Shown here: piece by piece, positions 37,664 through 52,644 of the stretch
Position numbering within the stretch: the first letter of the stretch is position 1
Layout: the number at the start of each line of letters is the position of its first letter
DNA from: Octopus sinensis
Taxonomy: Eukaryota
Reading direction: 5' to 3'
NCBI RefSeq assembly: GCF_006345805.1
Contig: NC_043009.1
Location: 4,030,001-4,094,000 of the forward strand
Length of the DNA: 64,000 bases
Program-made: the position numbers and the translations under genes
Notes under the pieces: model-generated
What the model saw: the letters and a program-made list of their open reading frames with translations, nothing else
What the model was told of the DNA's origin: nothing
Database searches by the model: none

Positions 37664-37967
37664 ATATACATATATATAAATTCCTTATCCAATATATATA
37701 TATACACTCTCTCAGATTCGATCCTCTAAAACATATCGATTCTACTCACACAACCAAAAACTGTTCTCTAAAATCTGTAGACTCTTAACCAGAAATATAT
37801 TCGCTTAATCCAACAATATTGACACTATTCAGTATATATACTGACTTTAGCTCTAAAATATTGTGACACTAACCGCAAAATATATCCTTTAATAATACCA
37901 CCTAAATTATACGTCAACGATATTTCGCATCACTCATTCTAACGTGCCTTATTCCAACGGTAATTAT

Positions 37968-38315
37968 TTTCTGTTCTAGGCACAGGCCCAAATCTTTGAG
38001 GGAGGGCGCCAGTCTATTAGATCGACCCGAGTACACAATTGTTACTTAATTTATCGACCCCGAAAGAGGACAAAGAAGGACAGACAAACGGATTAAGTCG
38101 AGCGTAACTGGTACTTATTCAATCGACCCCGAAAAGATTAAAGGCAAAGTCGACCTCGGCGGAATTTGAACTCAGAACGTAACAGCAGACGAAATACCTC
38201 TTTCTTTACTAACCACAAGGGGCTAAACACAGAGAGGACAAACAAGGACAGATAAACGGATTAAGTCGATTACATCGACCCCAGTGCGTAACTGGTAGTT
38301 AATTTATCGACCCCG
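37968..38315 (-). mobile_element. SINE family B multimer with internal deletions
   Basis: Three partial units containing TTTATCGACCCCG / AAGGACAGA.AAACGGATTAAGTCG. Confidence 0.85.
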
Positions 38316-38773
38316 GGTTGCGTCTAGAAAGAGAGACACAAAAACAGACGAAAACGAAAAAGAATCGATCGTATAAACAGGAGATCGATCCCAAAGAGTA
38401 TAAAGGTCCGAAAGAGGTGAGTCGCAACGATGACAAGCATAAATTAATCTACTCGGCTCAATAACGACCCGACTAATTTGCTACATTCAGGTGTGTGTGT
38501 GCGTGTGCGTGTGTGCTTGCATGTATTTTACATGCTTCTGTGTGTGTATAAACATATTACACACATGTATACGCGTGTGAGTGTATTGCGACGATGAATA
38601 CAGCCAAATGATATAATTATCAAAAAGAAATGACTATAAACCTGCGCTTTTTTAACGAAAATCTCTTGATGTTTGTTTCACCCAATTTTGCACAAACAAA
38701 CCCTCAAAATTCTGAGGTTGGCTGGAAAACTCTGACGGCATTGCTGTTCACAGAATGTCATATAATACTAATA

Positions 38774-38988
38774 CAACAATCCCTCGACTATCGCGAGTGT
38801 TACCTTCCAAAAATCCCCGCGATAAGTGAAAATTCACAAAGTAGAAACAGTACTGTACAGTATATTTTAAAAAATTATTTTCATGATTTGCTTATATTCA
38901 TTTTAATTATAAATGCAAAGCAACACCACAGAGGAATCGGTGTAAGCTTAAATGAAAAACCGCGATAGATGAACCGCGATATGGCGAG
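38774..38988. mobile_element. pogo/Tigger-like MITE, right end truncated
   Basis: TA-CAACAATCCCTCGACTATCGCG... and ...CCGCGATAG.TGAACCGCGATATGGCGAG inverted termini with repeated CCGCGATA subterminal motifs. Confidence 0.65.
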
Positions 38989-39471
38989 TTGACCTATCGA
39001 AAATAAGTTTCCTGTAGGAAATGAATTTTAGAAATGAGTTTGCTTCTTCTGCCATCTTAAGTATTGTCTTTCTTGTTAAAGTAAGTCGTAGTAATCTACT
39101 GGGTTTCATTCTTAGTCTTCTGTGAAACATATTAAACTGCAATGGTGGTGAGGCTGTATCTTGGGTGTTAAGTGATAAGGAGAGCGTCGGATTGTCCCAT
39201 AGTCACCACTTCTTCCGGGTTCACTGAGACCCGAGGAAGTAGAACGCCAGTTATGTATCAACTATCTGAGAATAGTCCTGTGACAATTCTCTGATGGATT
39301 CCAAGGAGGTCTGGTCCACTAGACATGCCACACAGGCCCACTTGATGTACGAAGAGCTCTGATGTTGCGTGCACCCCTCTCGCTAGATAAAGGTTAAATA
39401 GCCCTGTATTTCAAGGCAACGCTCGGGGGAGCAGGAGAGGGCAGTTAAACATAAATAAACATGCAAGGCAA

Positions 39472-39718
39472 CATGGAAGACCAGCAGTTGCCCGTACATA
39501 CAGGCCTCACCTCACCACGCCACCGGTGTTATCCAAGGGAAAGGCAAAGGGGCCGATACAGCTTGGCACCTGTGACCTCAGAACTCATTTCTACAACTGA
39601 GTGAACAGGAGCAACATGAAATAAAGTGTCTTGCCCAAGATCACAAGACACAACCCGGTCCGGGATTCGAGCTCGCAACCTCACGATCGGGAGCTCAACG
39701 CTCTTAACCACTGAGCTA
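39472..39718 (-). mobile_element. tRNA-derived SINE family E (a fragment also lies on + at about 15390-15475)
   Basis: Minus head TAGCTCAGTGGTTAAGAGCG...GAGCTCGAATCCCGG, then CTTGGGCAAGACACTTTATTTCATGTTGCTCC. Confidence 0.8.
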
Positions 39719-40292
39719 CTTATTTAGAGCGAGCTAAAATACATTTATTTAGCTAAGAAATATATTTAAATTTAAATAAATAATATTCACCCCTCATTAC
39801 TCATACACTACGAACTGTTCCCATACGCACCTCATACAAATTAATATAGAGGTGACCTTATAACTACATAAAAATAATTACATAAAGGTGGGTAACACTA
39901 TAGCCTAGCAACAGTAGTTTCTTTTTCTCCGTTTTTTTTTTTTTTAGTTAAATATTATATATTTAGAACATCTATGTAAAAATAATTCTTTAATCTAATA
40001 TGTAAGTAAGAGTCTAAAAACATCTCATTAAAATAAGAACATATTGAAATCTTAGTAAAAGAAGTAATCACCATACATTACCCATCCTCAGAGATGTGAA
40101 CCCGCACACTTTCAGCTCTATCAACTTTGTCGCCGTAGAGAAGGACTCTTTCTACGTAGTCTGCATGACCTGCTAAAAATAGCTGTCAAGCTCACTTACG
40201 TCATAGTGAATCGTTTTGAAAGAGGAAGACCTCTTGTAAATTGAGCCATATATGTATATGTACATATGTATATATATGTGTGTGTGTGTGTG

Positions 40293-40499
40293 TGTGACCG
40301 CGTGTGTATCGTTGGCGATTTTCTTTCTCCGTCTTCCCTTCTTTGGACTTTTTCTTTTCTTCTATATTTCTGACGAAGAGCTTCGCTCGAAACGTTGAAT
40401 TCTCCTTCTTTCTTTCCTTTCCTGAGCGTCCAATAACACTATACTTATTCCACGTCCTCGCGTTGTTGTGTTATCCTTTTGTTCATGTTTGGATTAACT
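40293..40499 (+). mobile_element. ~200-bp hammerhead-bearing repeat, copy 2
   Basis: GTGACCGCG.GTGTAT.GTTGGCGATTTTCTTTCTCCG...CCTGAGCGTCCAATAACACTATAC...GGATTAACTA, between (TG)n and (TATG)n. Confidence 0.85.
40366..40400 (+). ncRNA. Minimal type I hammerhead ribozyme, intact core
   Basis: ATTT-CTGACGA-A-GAGC-ttc-GCTC-GAAA-CG-TT-GAAT; palindromic AACGTT; predicted cut after 40396. Confidence 0.8.
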
Positions 40500-40729
40500 A
40501 TGTATGTATGTATGTATGTATGTATGTATGTATGTATGTATATATATGTACAAAAATATGTAGCTCATGGTTTAATTCTGTTAGTCATAGGTCTGTTTGA
40601 ACAGGGTCAACTTTTGCGCTTAGACAATATATCCACTCGGTAGCCCCAACATAGTATGTTAACCTGGTCTATCTTGCTCATGATTATACTTGTAGCAAGG
40701 GTAACTCACCCAAGTTTGAAGTATCTTCA

Positions 40730-41130
40730 TAATATGTGAATTATTTCTATACTGAACAACTTACTTAAAATTAGGCTAACTTTAACTTTGTTACAATACC
40801 TTCGTACTATCACCTTAGACTTGAATAAACTCTAAGGATTTAGAACTACGATAACTTTACGTGGATATATTGCTAAGCTTCAAAAACGAAGTCAACTTTT
40901 CTCACATATATACGTCTAAACAGAATTAGGTTAACTAGACCCCTACAGTTGTACCGACATAGATCAAGGTTAACTAGATACACCTACATGGAATTAGGTT
41001 ACTAGACCGGTACTGTTGTTTCTACTTAGAACTAGGTTAACAAAAGCTATACTGCGGTGAAACTAAGAAATAAGATAATTAAGTCTATACCTTACCTTGT
41101 ATGACTTGATAAGAGTTCGGTGAGCAATAT
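40730..41130. repeat. Degenerate minisatellite, unit about 39 bp
   Basis: Recurrent GAATTAGGTTAACTAGAC-like motif. Confidence 0.6.
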
Positions 41131-42006
41131 TCACCTGTTAATGACAAAATAGCACTTAGTGAACTTACATTCATTTCCTGTTATAATTGCATGAAAGACC
41201 TTAAAACAGCTGATATTTTGGCTTGTTTGCCATTACGTTATCGAATACAACATCTTCATTCTTTGTAAGGATGAACCCAATATTTCAAATGAACTTAGAT
41301 AAGGAATGAAGATATGAGCTTTCATATATTTTCCATGGAATTAACTGCATAAAGGTGCAGGATTGGTACAATAGTTAGCGTCGAATAATATGTTTTGTGG
41401 AACTTGTAACGGCGCTATGCCTTCTGAATTTAAACAGGGGTGAATTTGCCGTTCACAATTGTGGGTCGATAAAATAAGATAAACCCATAGATATGAAGGG
41501 AAGGATATGATACCTAATGGTATTCACTTCGTACCCTTTTGTTATGAGTTCCATTGCATGCACTACAATGGTATCAAGATGGATCCGTCTTGGATTCTTT
41601 TGCCTTTTGAAATTATGCTTTCATGAAGAGGGCAGGTTGGCTGCAAAGGTAACTCCGGGTCTTTCTTAGAACTTGTCCAGAAATGCGCCCTAGAGACCTA
41701 TCCAGGTGCGGATAAAGGATAAATTCTGACAGTAGCATAAAATAAACAGACACCTAAGTAAAACAAAACATCTTTAATTATGGTTTCAAACTGAAAACTG
41801 TTTTGCAAGCAAAACACGTAATCCGTGAGGACAAAGGAACTCAGCTGATGGCAGAACTGGTTGAGTGCTAGACAAAATACTTTGTTTTACACTCTACATT
41901 CTGAATTCACATCATATCTGACATGTACTCTATCCTTCTATAGCAGTCTTATATATTACAGTTTGCATTGTGTGTGTGAATACACACACGCACGCGCACA
42001 CACACA

Positions 42007-42096
<90 letters not shown>

Positions 42097-42854
42097 GCAT
42101 ATATCGGTACAGGACGTCATGAAATACGAAAGCAAATGAGTTCAATATATGTATATATATATATATATTGTCTGAAAATTTCACTTAACTGAGCTTACTG
42201 GAGTTACCTCCCATGAATATTTCCGATTAAAAAAAAAGAAATACTCCATAGTATGACATTCGTTTGAATAATATTAGTCAAAGGGAGTTTTTCAAATCAT
42301 TCTATGTTGTTAGTATGCTTAATGCTTTTTCTATATTATATTCACTCAACCTTATTTTGCATATGCTCATTCTGCCGAGTCATGAGAGATTGCTGAAACA
42401 GTCACTCGACCAGCTAGAAATAAATACAAGCTGAATCTTTACTTTTGTTTTTTATAAAAGGTTACCAGTTATACACCAGGATTCGTTTGATAGACTCTAT
42501 CTACTCTATCCTTCTCTTACGTTTTTATGTTGCGCTAATGTTAAATATAATTATTATATCATATTTCGTTTGTTATTTTGTTTCTTATCACTTAATCTTT
42601 TTTTTTCTCTGTACAAGTCCGCTCTTGTAATTTTCGGATCACTGCGACCAAATCATGTCTCTAATCGTCACGAGGTTCTCCCAGAATGACAATAGACGCC
42701 TATCATCGTTAGCTGTCTACCAAGGATTGGTTCATGCCATAAATTGGTCAGTAATACGAGTAGGAAATGCAACTCAGGGTGTGAAGACCTGGAAAAGATA
42801 ACGCAGAACATTTTATGTAAAACTCTCACTATATCATTACACAGATATATCACT

Positions 42855-43470
42855 TAGACAAGTACTATATTTATCTACTGCAAAAGGATAAAAGGTGAAG
42901 TTGACCAAGGCAGAATCTGAACTGAGGGCGCAGAGAACCAGAACATATTTGTAGTCATTTTATCGATCGCCTTAACCACTAAGCCAATTCATCACCTTAC
43001 TTTGATGTAATATCAACGCTCTTTTATACATATTAGTTTCAAATCTTAACACAAGGCCAGCAAATTTCGGAGAAGAGCGTAAGTCAATTACACGGACCCC
43101 AGTGCTCAACTGTTACCTATTTGATCGACTCTGAAAGGATAAAAGGCAAAGTCGATCTCGTTGGAATTTGAACTCAGAACGTAAAGAAGAACGAAATGCT
43201 ACTGAGCATTTTTGCAAGTGTTGTAACGATTTTGCCAGCCTCATAGACATACTAGCGAATGGAGGCGACAGGGCAGAGTCCTTACAACGTCAGTATAAAT
43301 TATTGTGCCACTTCCTCCGATACTTGGTTTTCTGAGTTCAAATCCTACCGTGATCACCTTTGCATTCCATCCTTTCGGAGTTGATGAAATAAACTATTAG
43401 TTAAGTACTATCGACAAAATACTTCCCTTCAAAAATTGCCGGCTTTGTGCCTTTATTAGAAACCATTAGC
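42855..43470. mobile_element. Three SINE family B copies (two minus, one plus)
   Basis: AAAGGATAAAAGG..AAGT.GA..GAAT.TGAACT.AG at about 42880 and 43135; plus-strand CTGAGTTCAAATCC..CATCCTTTCGG at about 43335. Confidence 0.75.
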
Positions 43471-44261
43471 AGTTAAATGGCTGAATTGGTTGATGTTCGG
43501 ACAATACAGTCTTTACCTTTCATGTCAATAAAATAGAGTTTCTTGTAGTCTTGAAGATTAAACCTAAGACAGTCCTCATCGAGAAAACGTGTAATCAAAG
43601 ACATTCCATCCGTGAACACCGCTTTTATCCTATGCTGGGTTGGGTGGAGTCCAGAATTACATTACCCAACACGTCTTTTTCTACGAAAGTGACATGTAAT
43701 TGAGGGCGATTTCGCTGTAATTTTCACTAAATCGATACTTTGATGTTCTTTCTCGAGGGCTCAGCAAAGTACCAGTTTAATGCTGGGTCCACATTATCCT
43801 GTGCCTCTTTTTCTAAAGCAGTTGAGTGTGGTTGAGGGAGATGTAACTGTTATTTCCAATAAGTCGACCAAACACGTTGACACTTTCATTAGCTCGATAA
43901 AGACTATTTCCTTACGCTGCACCAAAATCAGACGACAAGAAACTACCTAAGAAACCAATTGTGACTAATTCTATACAAGGGGGAACATCAAAATGGTCGC
44001 TTGATTGCTGAGAAATAGCAACCAAATCTTCCTCAAATCACATTTGTTTTAGAAAAAGGACATGGTGTATAGTATGTACTCGAGATCTCTGCATAACGGG
44101 AAAAAATGGTGGGATGGTCACGGTTGAATACCTATGATGACGGATCTGATCTATGATTGGCTGACGTGGAGTAAGGAATAAACGACACGTACTTTTGCCT
44201 TGCACGGACACAAACGGTACTTCAATAACAACAACAACAGCAGCAACAATAACTGCTGCTG

Positions 44262-44297
<36 letters not shown>

Positions 44298-44324
44298 ATG
44301 ATGATGATGATGATGATGATGATT

Positions 44325-44705
44325 TCAAATTTTGGCACAAAGCCAGCAAGTTTGTGGAAGCTGATAAGCCGATTACATCGACCCGTGTTTCACTGGAACT
44401 TGATTTGTCGACCCCGAAAGAATGAAAGGCAAAGTCGACCATGGGCGGAATTTGAAGTCAGAACGTAGCGACAGGCGAAATACCTATTTCTTTACTACCC
44501 ACAAGGGGCTACACACAGAGAGGACAAACAAGGACAGACGAACGGATTAAGTCGATTATATCGACCCCTGTGCGTAACTGGTACTTAATTTATCGACCCC
44601 GAAAGGATGAAAAGCAAAGTCGACCTCGGCGGAATTTGAACTCAAAGCGAAATACCGCTAAGCATTTCGCACGGCTTGCTAACGTTTCTGCCAGCTCGCC
44701 GCCTT
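44325..44705 (-). mobile_element. SINE family B dimeric copy
   Basis: Tail TTTCAAATTTTGGCACAA, two units, head GCCAGCTCGCCGCCTT. Confidence 0.9.
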
Positions 44706-45328
44706 TCGCCTTAATAATAATAATAATATTAACAATAATAATAATAATAAAAAAAGATATGCTGCTATCTCTGTTGTTTGTTTTGATACCTTTGATGAAG
44801 CTAAATCAGCTGTACCGGTGTTACACTGGAGTTAAAGAACATCAACAACAATAATAATAATACTCAATTACGACTGCTGCTGCTGCTGCATCTGTTACTG
44901 TTGTTGTTGTTGTTGTTGTTGTTTTTAACCCCAGGTCAACTCTGATGCGGCTGGGTTCCTCATAGTCAAAGCCGATCCGCTTCCTCACTCACCACAAATG
45001 TCTTCTTGTCCGTAGATCGAGAGACGTGTAGCTGAATACTTTCACGCGTTTAGTGTGTGATTGCACGAGTTAAAGGGGAGTTTGGCTGCTATTTCCAGCA
45101 TGTCGAGCGACTGCGTATAGGATCCCTTGGGAGTGGGGGCGGTGTTGACTGATGCTGCAAACGCTATTGTTACTACTGCTACCTCACTCCTCTTCTCTTT
45201 CTTCTCTCTCTCTCTCTCTCTCTCTCGCTCGCGCTCGCACACACAATGTGCGTTGCGTTTATAAGTGGATGTATGTGTATGTGTGTATATATATAGTGTG
45301 TATGGGCTTGAGTTTATGAATGTGTGTA

Positions 45329-45359
<31 letters not shown>

Positions 45360-45490
45360 GAATGAGTGTAAGTTGTGCTCGTGTGTGTTTATTCATGTAT
45401 GTTTATGTGTGTGTTTAAAAGCATCCGCGCGCGTGTGTGTGTGTGTGTTAACTCTAAATATTGTCTCTTAATTCTTTCATCCTCTCTCTT

Positions 45491-45530
<40 letters not shown>

Positions 45531-45963
45531 TCTCTTCTTCTGCTGCTGCTGCTGCTGCAAACTGCATGCCTAGAAGAGATTAGCTACCACCTCGACGTCG
45601 TCTCCTCCGACCGCTACTCACTGAATAGAGGCTTGTCGACATCACTGCACACTTTATATCCGCCATCATCATCACCACAACCATTATCAGCAGCAGTACC
45701 ACCGCCACCGCCACCACTACCACAATCATTGCTAACATCGGCACCATCACCATTATCATCCTTTACATCAGCTGAAAAATAACATCACCATCATCACGAC
45801 CATCGCTCTAACGCTCTCAGTCTCTCTCCTCTCTCTTCGTCTCTCTCTTTTCCTCTCTCTCTCTCTTCCTCTCTCTCTCTCTCTTTCACCCTCACCCTCT
45901 CTCTCTCACACTCTCTTTCTCTCTCTCTCTCTCTCACACACTCTCTTTCTCTCTCTCTCTCTC

Positions 45964-45994
<31 letters not shown>

Positions 45995-46442
45995 GTCTCT
46001 TCCTCTTGCTTCTCCTCGCTCGTCACCACCGTAACCGTCGCCATCATCTGATGTAAAGCCACCTCCGCCCTTACCAACACCACCACCACCACCGCCAACA
46101 ACTACAACAACAACAACAACGCCACTTCCATCCCCGCCGCCATCACCACATCACATCAACATCGACATCATGAACATCTCCAAGAATCATCATCATCATC
46201 GTCATCATCATTACAGTCGACATTGTCATCGCCATCGTCATTATCGTCGTCGTTATCGTCAAAGTCATCGCCATCGCCGATATGATGCTGATCATCATCA
46301 TCATCATCATCGTCGCCATCATCATCATCATCTACATCAACAATGTCTGTTGAACACTTATCATCATCATCATCATCATCATAGCAAACACCAACGAATA
46401 TAACATTCTACACTTTTACTCTATCGCTTTCTTCCTTTCCCT

Positions 46443-46475
<33 letters not shown>

Positions 46476-46693
46476 TCCTTTATCTCTGTCTTTCTTTCTC
46501 TCTCACTCTCTTTCGCTGTCTCTCTCTTTCGCTGTCTCTCTCTCTTTCTCTCACTCTTTCTTTCTCTCCCTTTCTTTGCTTTTCTCTCTCTCTTTCCTCC
46601 TTTCCTTTTCACTCACTCTCTTTCCCTCTCTCTCTCTTTCTTTCTTTCTTTATTTCTTTCTGTCGTTCTTTCTCTCACACTTTCTCTCTTTCC

Positions 46694-46756
<63 letters not shown>

Positions 46757-47159
46757 CTGCCGTCAGCTACGAACTCGTCGAGATGCTGCTGCTGCTGCTG
46801 CTGCTACAACCCCTGCTACCGCAAGTAGTAGTAGTAGTAGTAGTAGCAGTAGTAGAACTCCTGCTGCTGCTGCTGCTGCAACTGCCGCTGACGCCTCCGA
46901 CCCCTCACTCAGCAGCGCTCATCAGTTGTATCACTACCACCACTACTACTACCGCCGCCATCGCTGCCTCTGCATGCATCAATACTACTGCTGCTGCTGC
47001 TGCTGCTGCTGCCGTTACTTCCCCTGCTGCTGCTGATTAATGTGTCTGCTGCTGCTGCTGCTGCTGTTACTATTGCTTTTACTACTACAACTGTTTTGCT
47101 TTGAAAGACAACGATTGCTGTGTTATACGCGCAAGCATGCACCTGTGTATATATAGACA

Positions 47160-47190
<31 letters not shown>

Positions 47191-47809
47191 ATATATATAT
47201 AAACACATGTATATGTATAATATAATAAACACCGTTATATATATATATATAAACATGCGTATGTATATGAACGTGTATATATATATATATTATATATATA
47301 TATCAACGTGTGCATGTGTAATATATATATATATAAACGTGCCGTATGTATGTATATGAACGTATTATAATATATATATATATATATTATATATATATAT
47401 ATATATTATATATATATATCTGAACGAGCGTATGTGTGTATATATATATGTATGTATTTATGCATGTATATGAACGTGTATATGTATGTATATATATATA
47501 TGTATATATATATAAACGTGTCTCTGAGATATATATATATATATGTGTGTGTGTGTGTATGTGGGGGTGGGGAATATCATAAGGTACGCTCGAATTTGTT
47601 TAATCGAGGTATTTACTTACTGAAAGTGTTCTGCAACTATTTAGTAATTAGTCGGGAGCTATGACCAACGTCTGTGCAAAACCTTTCAATATAGAAATAT
47701 ACAGAATATACGCGTATAATAAAGATATATTATACAAAATAAGCTGAAATTATAAGTGTGTATAATTTTAAGTGTAACAACGCGTAAAATTACAAAAGCA
47801 CTAACACAT

Positions 47810-47821
47810 ATACATACATAC

Positions 47822-47856
<35 letters not shown>

Positions 47857-47939
47857 TATATATATACATGTATGTATATATATATATATATTATTATATA
47901 TATTTACATGTATGTATATATATATATATAATATACATG

Positions 47940-47979
<40 letters not shown>

Positions 47980-48505
47980 TTGATATACATATACATGTAT
48001 ATATATATACATATTACGTATATATATATAGATATATATATGTATACATATATATACATATATACCATATATATATTATGTATATATATATAGATATATA
48101 TATGATACATATATACATTGTATATATATATAGATATATATAGTATACATATATACATGTATATATATATAGATATATATATGTATACATATATACATGT
48201 ATATAGATATATACATTGTATATATATAGATATATATATGTACATATATATATAAATATATATATGATATAAATATATATATATATATATAGTACATATA
48301 TATATAGATATATATATGTATATATATATATAGATATATATATGTATATATATATATAGATATATATATGTATATATATATATATAGATATATATATGTA
48401 TATATATATATATATGAGATATATATGTATATATATATATATATAGATATATAATGTATATAATATATATACATGTATATATATATACATATTATATCTA
48501 TATAT
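47810..48505. repeat. Long degenerate (TA)n array
   Basis: About 700 bp of interrupted TA repeats; a similar array lies at 56870-57425. Confidence 0.95.
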
Positions 48506-48630
48506 ACGTGAGAGGAAGACAAAGAGGAAATTGTCAAGTGTTGTCACATGTAAAATTACTAGGTGTAAATTATTTTAATTGTTCCGATCATTGAATTGCG
48601 GCCATGCTACAGCACTGCATGTAGCGTGTC

Positions 48631-48672
<42 letters not shown>

Positions 48673-48932
48673 ATGTTCCACCTACATGTAGCGAATCATT
48701 CCATTGCTATATTTCGTTCTTTCACTTTTGCTCATCACTTTTCTTTTCTTTCACTTCATCTTCAACACGTTTACACATACATACGCGCACACATGCATTT
48801 ACATACACACACACACATAACGACACATACACGCACTCAATGATATATATATATATACATATATATATACATATTACAAGACAATGTCATAGGGCAAGAT
48901 TATATCCGTCAGTCTATCTATCTATCTCTCTG

Positions 48933-48988
<56 letters not shown>

Positions 48989-49006
48989 CGTCTATCTATC
49001 TATCTA

Positions 49007-49086
<80 letters not shown>

Positions 49087-51203
49087 ACTATCTAGCTATC
49101 CATATACATGCGTCAATCTCTTTATCTGTTCTTTCTCTCTCGCTCTTTCGCCTTCTCTATCCTCTCCTTTCACTCCCTCCACTCGTCCGCTTCCTCGCTC
49201 ACTTCTTCTGTCGCTCACTCTTCGGATTTCTGCTAGCATTCCTGCTTCCGCAACCCATCCAAAAATTTTTATTTATTTTATTCTACCTCCTACCTACCTC
49301 CCCTTCTTTCCTCCTCTTTATCAACTCCTTCTTCATCATCTTCTTCTAATAAAAACAACCAACACCACTACCCCCCCCCACACACCTCCGACTTCCACCT
49401 TATAAATCCTTCTTTTGCCGTCACTCCTCCTCCAACGCCTATTTAATATTATCATTATTATCATCATTATCATTATTATTATTATCATCATTACTACTAT
49501 TGCTATCATCGTCAGCTCTTCCTCCTTCTCCTCCTCCCGTATTCCCTTTTCATTTCACCATGTTCGTTTCTGCTTTTCTATTTCTCTCTCTCTCAATATC
49601 GTTTGTTTCCCCCCTTCGCTTCTCTCACTACGACTCTCGTCTCTGGCTTGCACCTTCCTCAGCAGCGCACCTTGCCCCCTCTGCCTGCCACCCTGTGCAG
49701 ACAGACAGTCAGACAGCCAGGCAAGACAACACAGGGCGAGGCAATCACCGAAGCTTGTGTGTGAACTATGCTGAAAATATGTCTTCTGTATTAGTGGCCT
49801 ATATTCCTGTGGAGTTTCGCTTTTGATACGTATATACATACATACAGAACATAAATACATATATATGTATATAAATATATATATATATAGATAGATAACA
49901 TAACTATATATATACATAAGCGGTATATATATATATATATATATATATAGATATATACATATAGATATAAATATATATGCATGTAAATATATACACATAT
50001 AACTTGAAGTAACATATAATATTTATATATATGCGTATATGTGTATATATGTACGTATGTATACGTGTATATATATTATATATTTGCTACACACTAAAAT
50101 AACAACGACGGTGTGTCCTATTCTGTTCGGCTTGGATAAATTTTTTTCTGCTTGTTCTCTTCTACAAGTACCTACGTCACCTTCGCAATCACCATCATCA
50201 CCATCATCATCATTGTCATCGTCCTCATCATCATCATCGTCATTTCATCGCCCTATCTACTGCTACCTTGGATATGTATAAATATATAAATATATATATA
50301 TAAGAAATATACATACATTCATAAGCCTGCACGCACATCGCATCCACAACTAATCTCTCTCTAACAAAACTTACACACTCACACATGCACACGTGTAAAC
50401 AGACACACACGTACATGCACTGACACATTACAAAACACAAACACAGACACAAACTTACACACGTACACATTTATATATATATATACATACAAACATATAC
50501 ATATCTTTATATACATACGCATACAGACACACACACACACGAGTGAAACTTACACAACTACGTTATCACAAACAACACAAATATATATATATATCTATTT
50601 ATAAATATATATATATAAATGGATATATAACATATATGAGTGTGTGTGTATATATTTTGGAATAATATACATACATACATGTATAACTACAAATATATAG
50701 TGCTTCTCTACAAGGAGGTTCCGTAAAAATAACACGAATATATCCAAATCAAACGAAGAAAGAGGTGAAATATTATAACATAAAAAAAAAAGAATATTTT
50801 TTAAATAACATAATATATGATTGATAATTATTACGATTATTGTTATTAAACCACAAAACTAATTAACATGGAACTTATTACAGGAATAATGATTTTGCTT
50901 AAATGCCTTGATCTTGCTTTCGGTAAGTACTGTTTTAGAATTTTTTACACTTTACCACAACGTTATTTTTAGTATTCTTCAGATTATTATTATTATTATT
51001 ATTATTATTATAAAGGTATTACGTGTAGGTGTTAGAGCTTATTCTGTGAGTACATGCGTGCGTGTGTGTTTGTGTTGTGTTGTGTTGTTATAGTAAAATT
51101 TGTTATCCAGCTTCAAATTGCTTATCTATTTATCAATATACATAACTACAGCCAGATGTGTGTGTGTTTGTTTATGCGTCTGTAGAATGTGCGCATGTGT
51201 GTG

Positions 51204-51244
<41 letters not shown>

Positions 51245-52117
51245 ATAAGCTATATGTGTATGCATGCGTGTATGTGTACCTCTGTATTAGTTCTAAGCTT
51301 ACGAAGTTTGGTATAGATATTAAGACAACCAGTCTTGCACACTTTGGCATAACACATACACACACACAAACATCCACGAATCCACAAGCGCTCACACACA
51401 CACACACACACACACAGTTGTACACACGCGTGTGTTGGTATACACATGTATAAATATATAATATATATAGACGTGCACACACATAGATTTGTACATGTAT
51501 TGTGCTTATATCCACGAGTATGTTTGTGTATATGCATATGTGCGTGTAAACACACACACACACAGATTGTCATTCAGACATCCATCTATACAGACAGACA
51601 TACCTCATACATAATTGTGCATACATCTATGCATTCCTTTTCTTGTATGCACAGCTAAAGAGTGCCATCAGTGTAAGACGGTGATAGTACAACACGATTT
51701 TACCTGGAAATACGTACATGCATCTATGCCAAACATAAGAACGTATTTGTGCACGTCTGTGTGCCTACGTATGCACATAGGTGCGTGTATATGTCAATAT
51801 TTCGGGAGCGAAATGCATGTGTGATTTATTGCGTGTGTGTTAATGTTTAGGTGCGAACAGAGAACGTGTAAATAAGCTGTTTCAAAGTATACAAAATGAT
51901 TTTCACCGAATTCTTCCTCCAAAATGCTAAATGCATGCAAACACGTATGCATGCATTCGCGCATTCATACACATGCATGTGCACCGGAATAGACGCACAT
52001 ATGAGTTTTATCATCTGATCATGCAATACGGAAACATACAGAAAAATTACAACACACAGCACAAAGATACACAAAAACTCACAGCCTCTCTCTCTCTTTC
52101 TCTCTCTCGCTTTCTTT

Positions 52118-52154
<37 letters not shown>

Positions 52155-52159
52155 TTCTT

Positions 52160-52229
<70 letters not shown>

Positions 52230-52336
52230 GACAAATACACACACAAACACAAAACGGCAACGAGAGATGTTGTCAAAGGAACAATTCAGTGACACTACAA
52301 TCTATATCCAAATATACGGAAATATCCGCAAGTGTA

Positions 52337-52382
<46 letters not shown>

Positions 52383-52404
52383 TATAATAGATATATATAT
52401 ATAT

Positions 52405-52606
52405 TTGTAATACATTGAAACATGCATTCGCGTTCTTTCGCTCAGCTGTCACACACACACAATACACACACCAGGAATTATTCCTCATTAGAATCCTTTC
52501 GTACTCTTCTCCACAAATGTTGTTCCTCTCTGTCGCAATTATACTCCTTACATAAACTTCACACGCACTAAATGAGTTACTTGTGTGTGTTGTATATATG
52601 TAATAT

Positions 52607-52644
<38 letters not shown>

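Larger units (their letters stand above)
36470..37910. repeat. Degenerate ~24-bp minisatellite (36470-36830, 37700-37910) split by nested insertions
   Basis: Recurrent CTCTAACC.CCAAAATAT.T.CG-like units on both sides. Confidence 0.55.

Noticed and set aside
47686-48547. Long YI-repeat ORFs (also 56749-57465)
   Set aside because: Pure (TA)n microsatellite translations.
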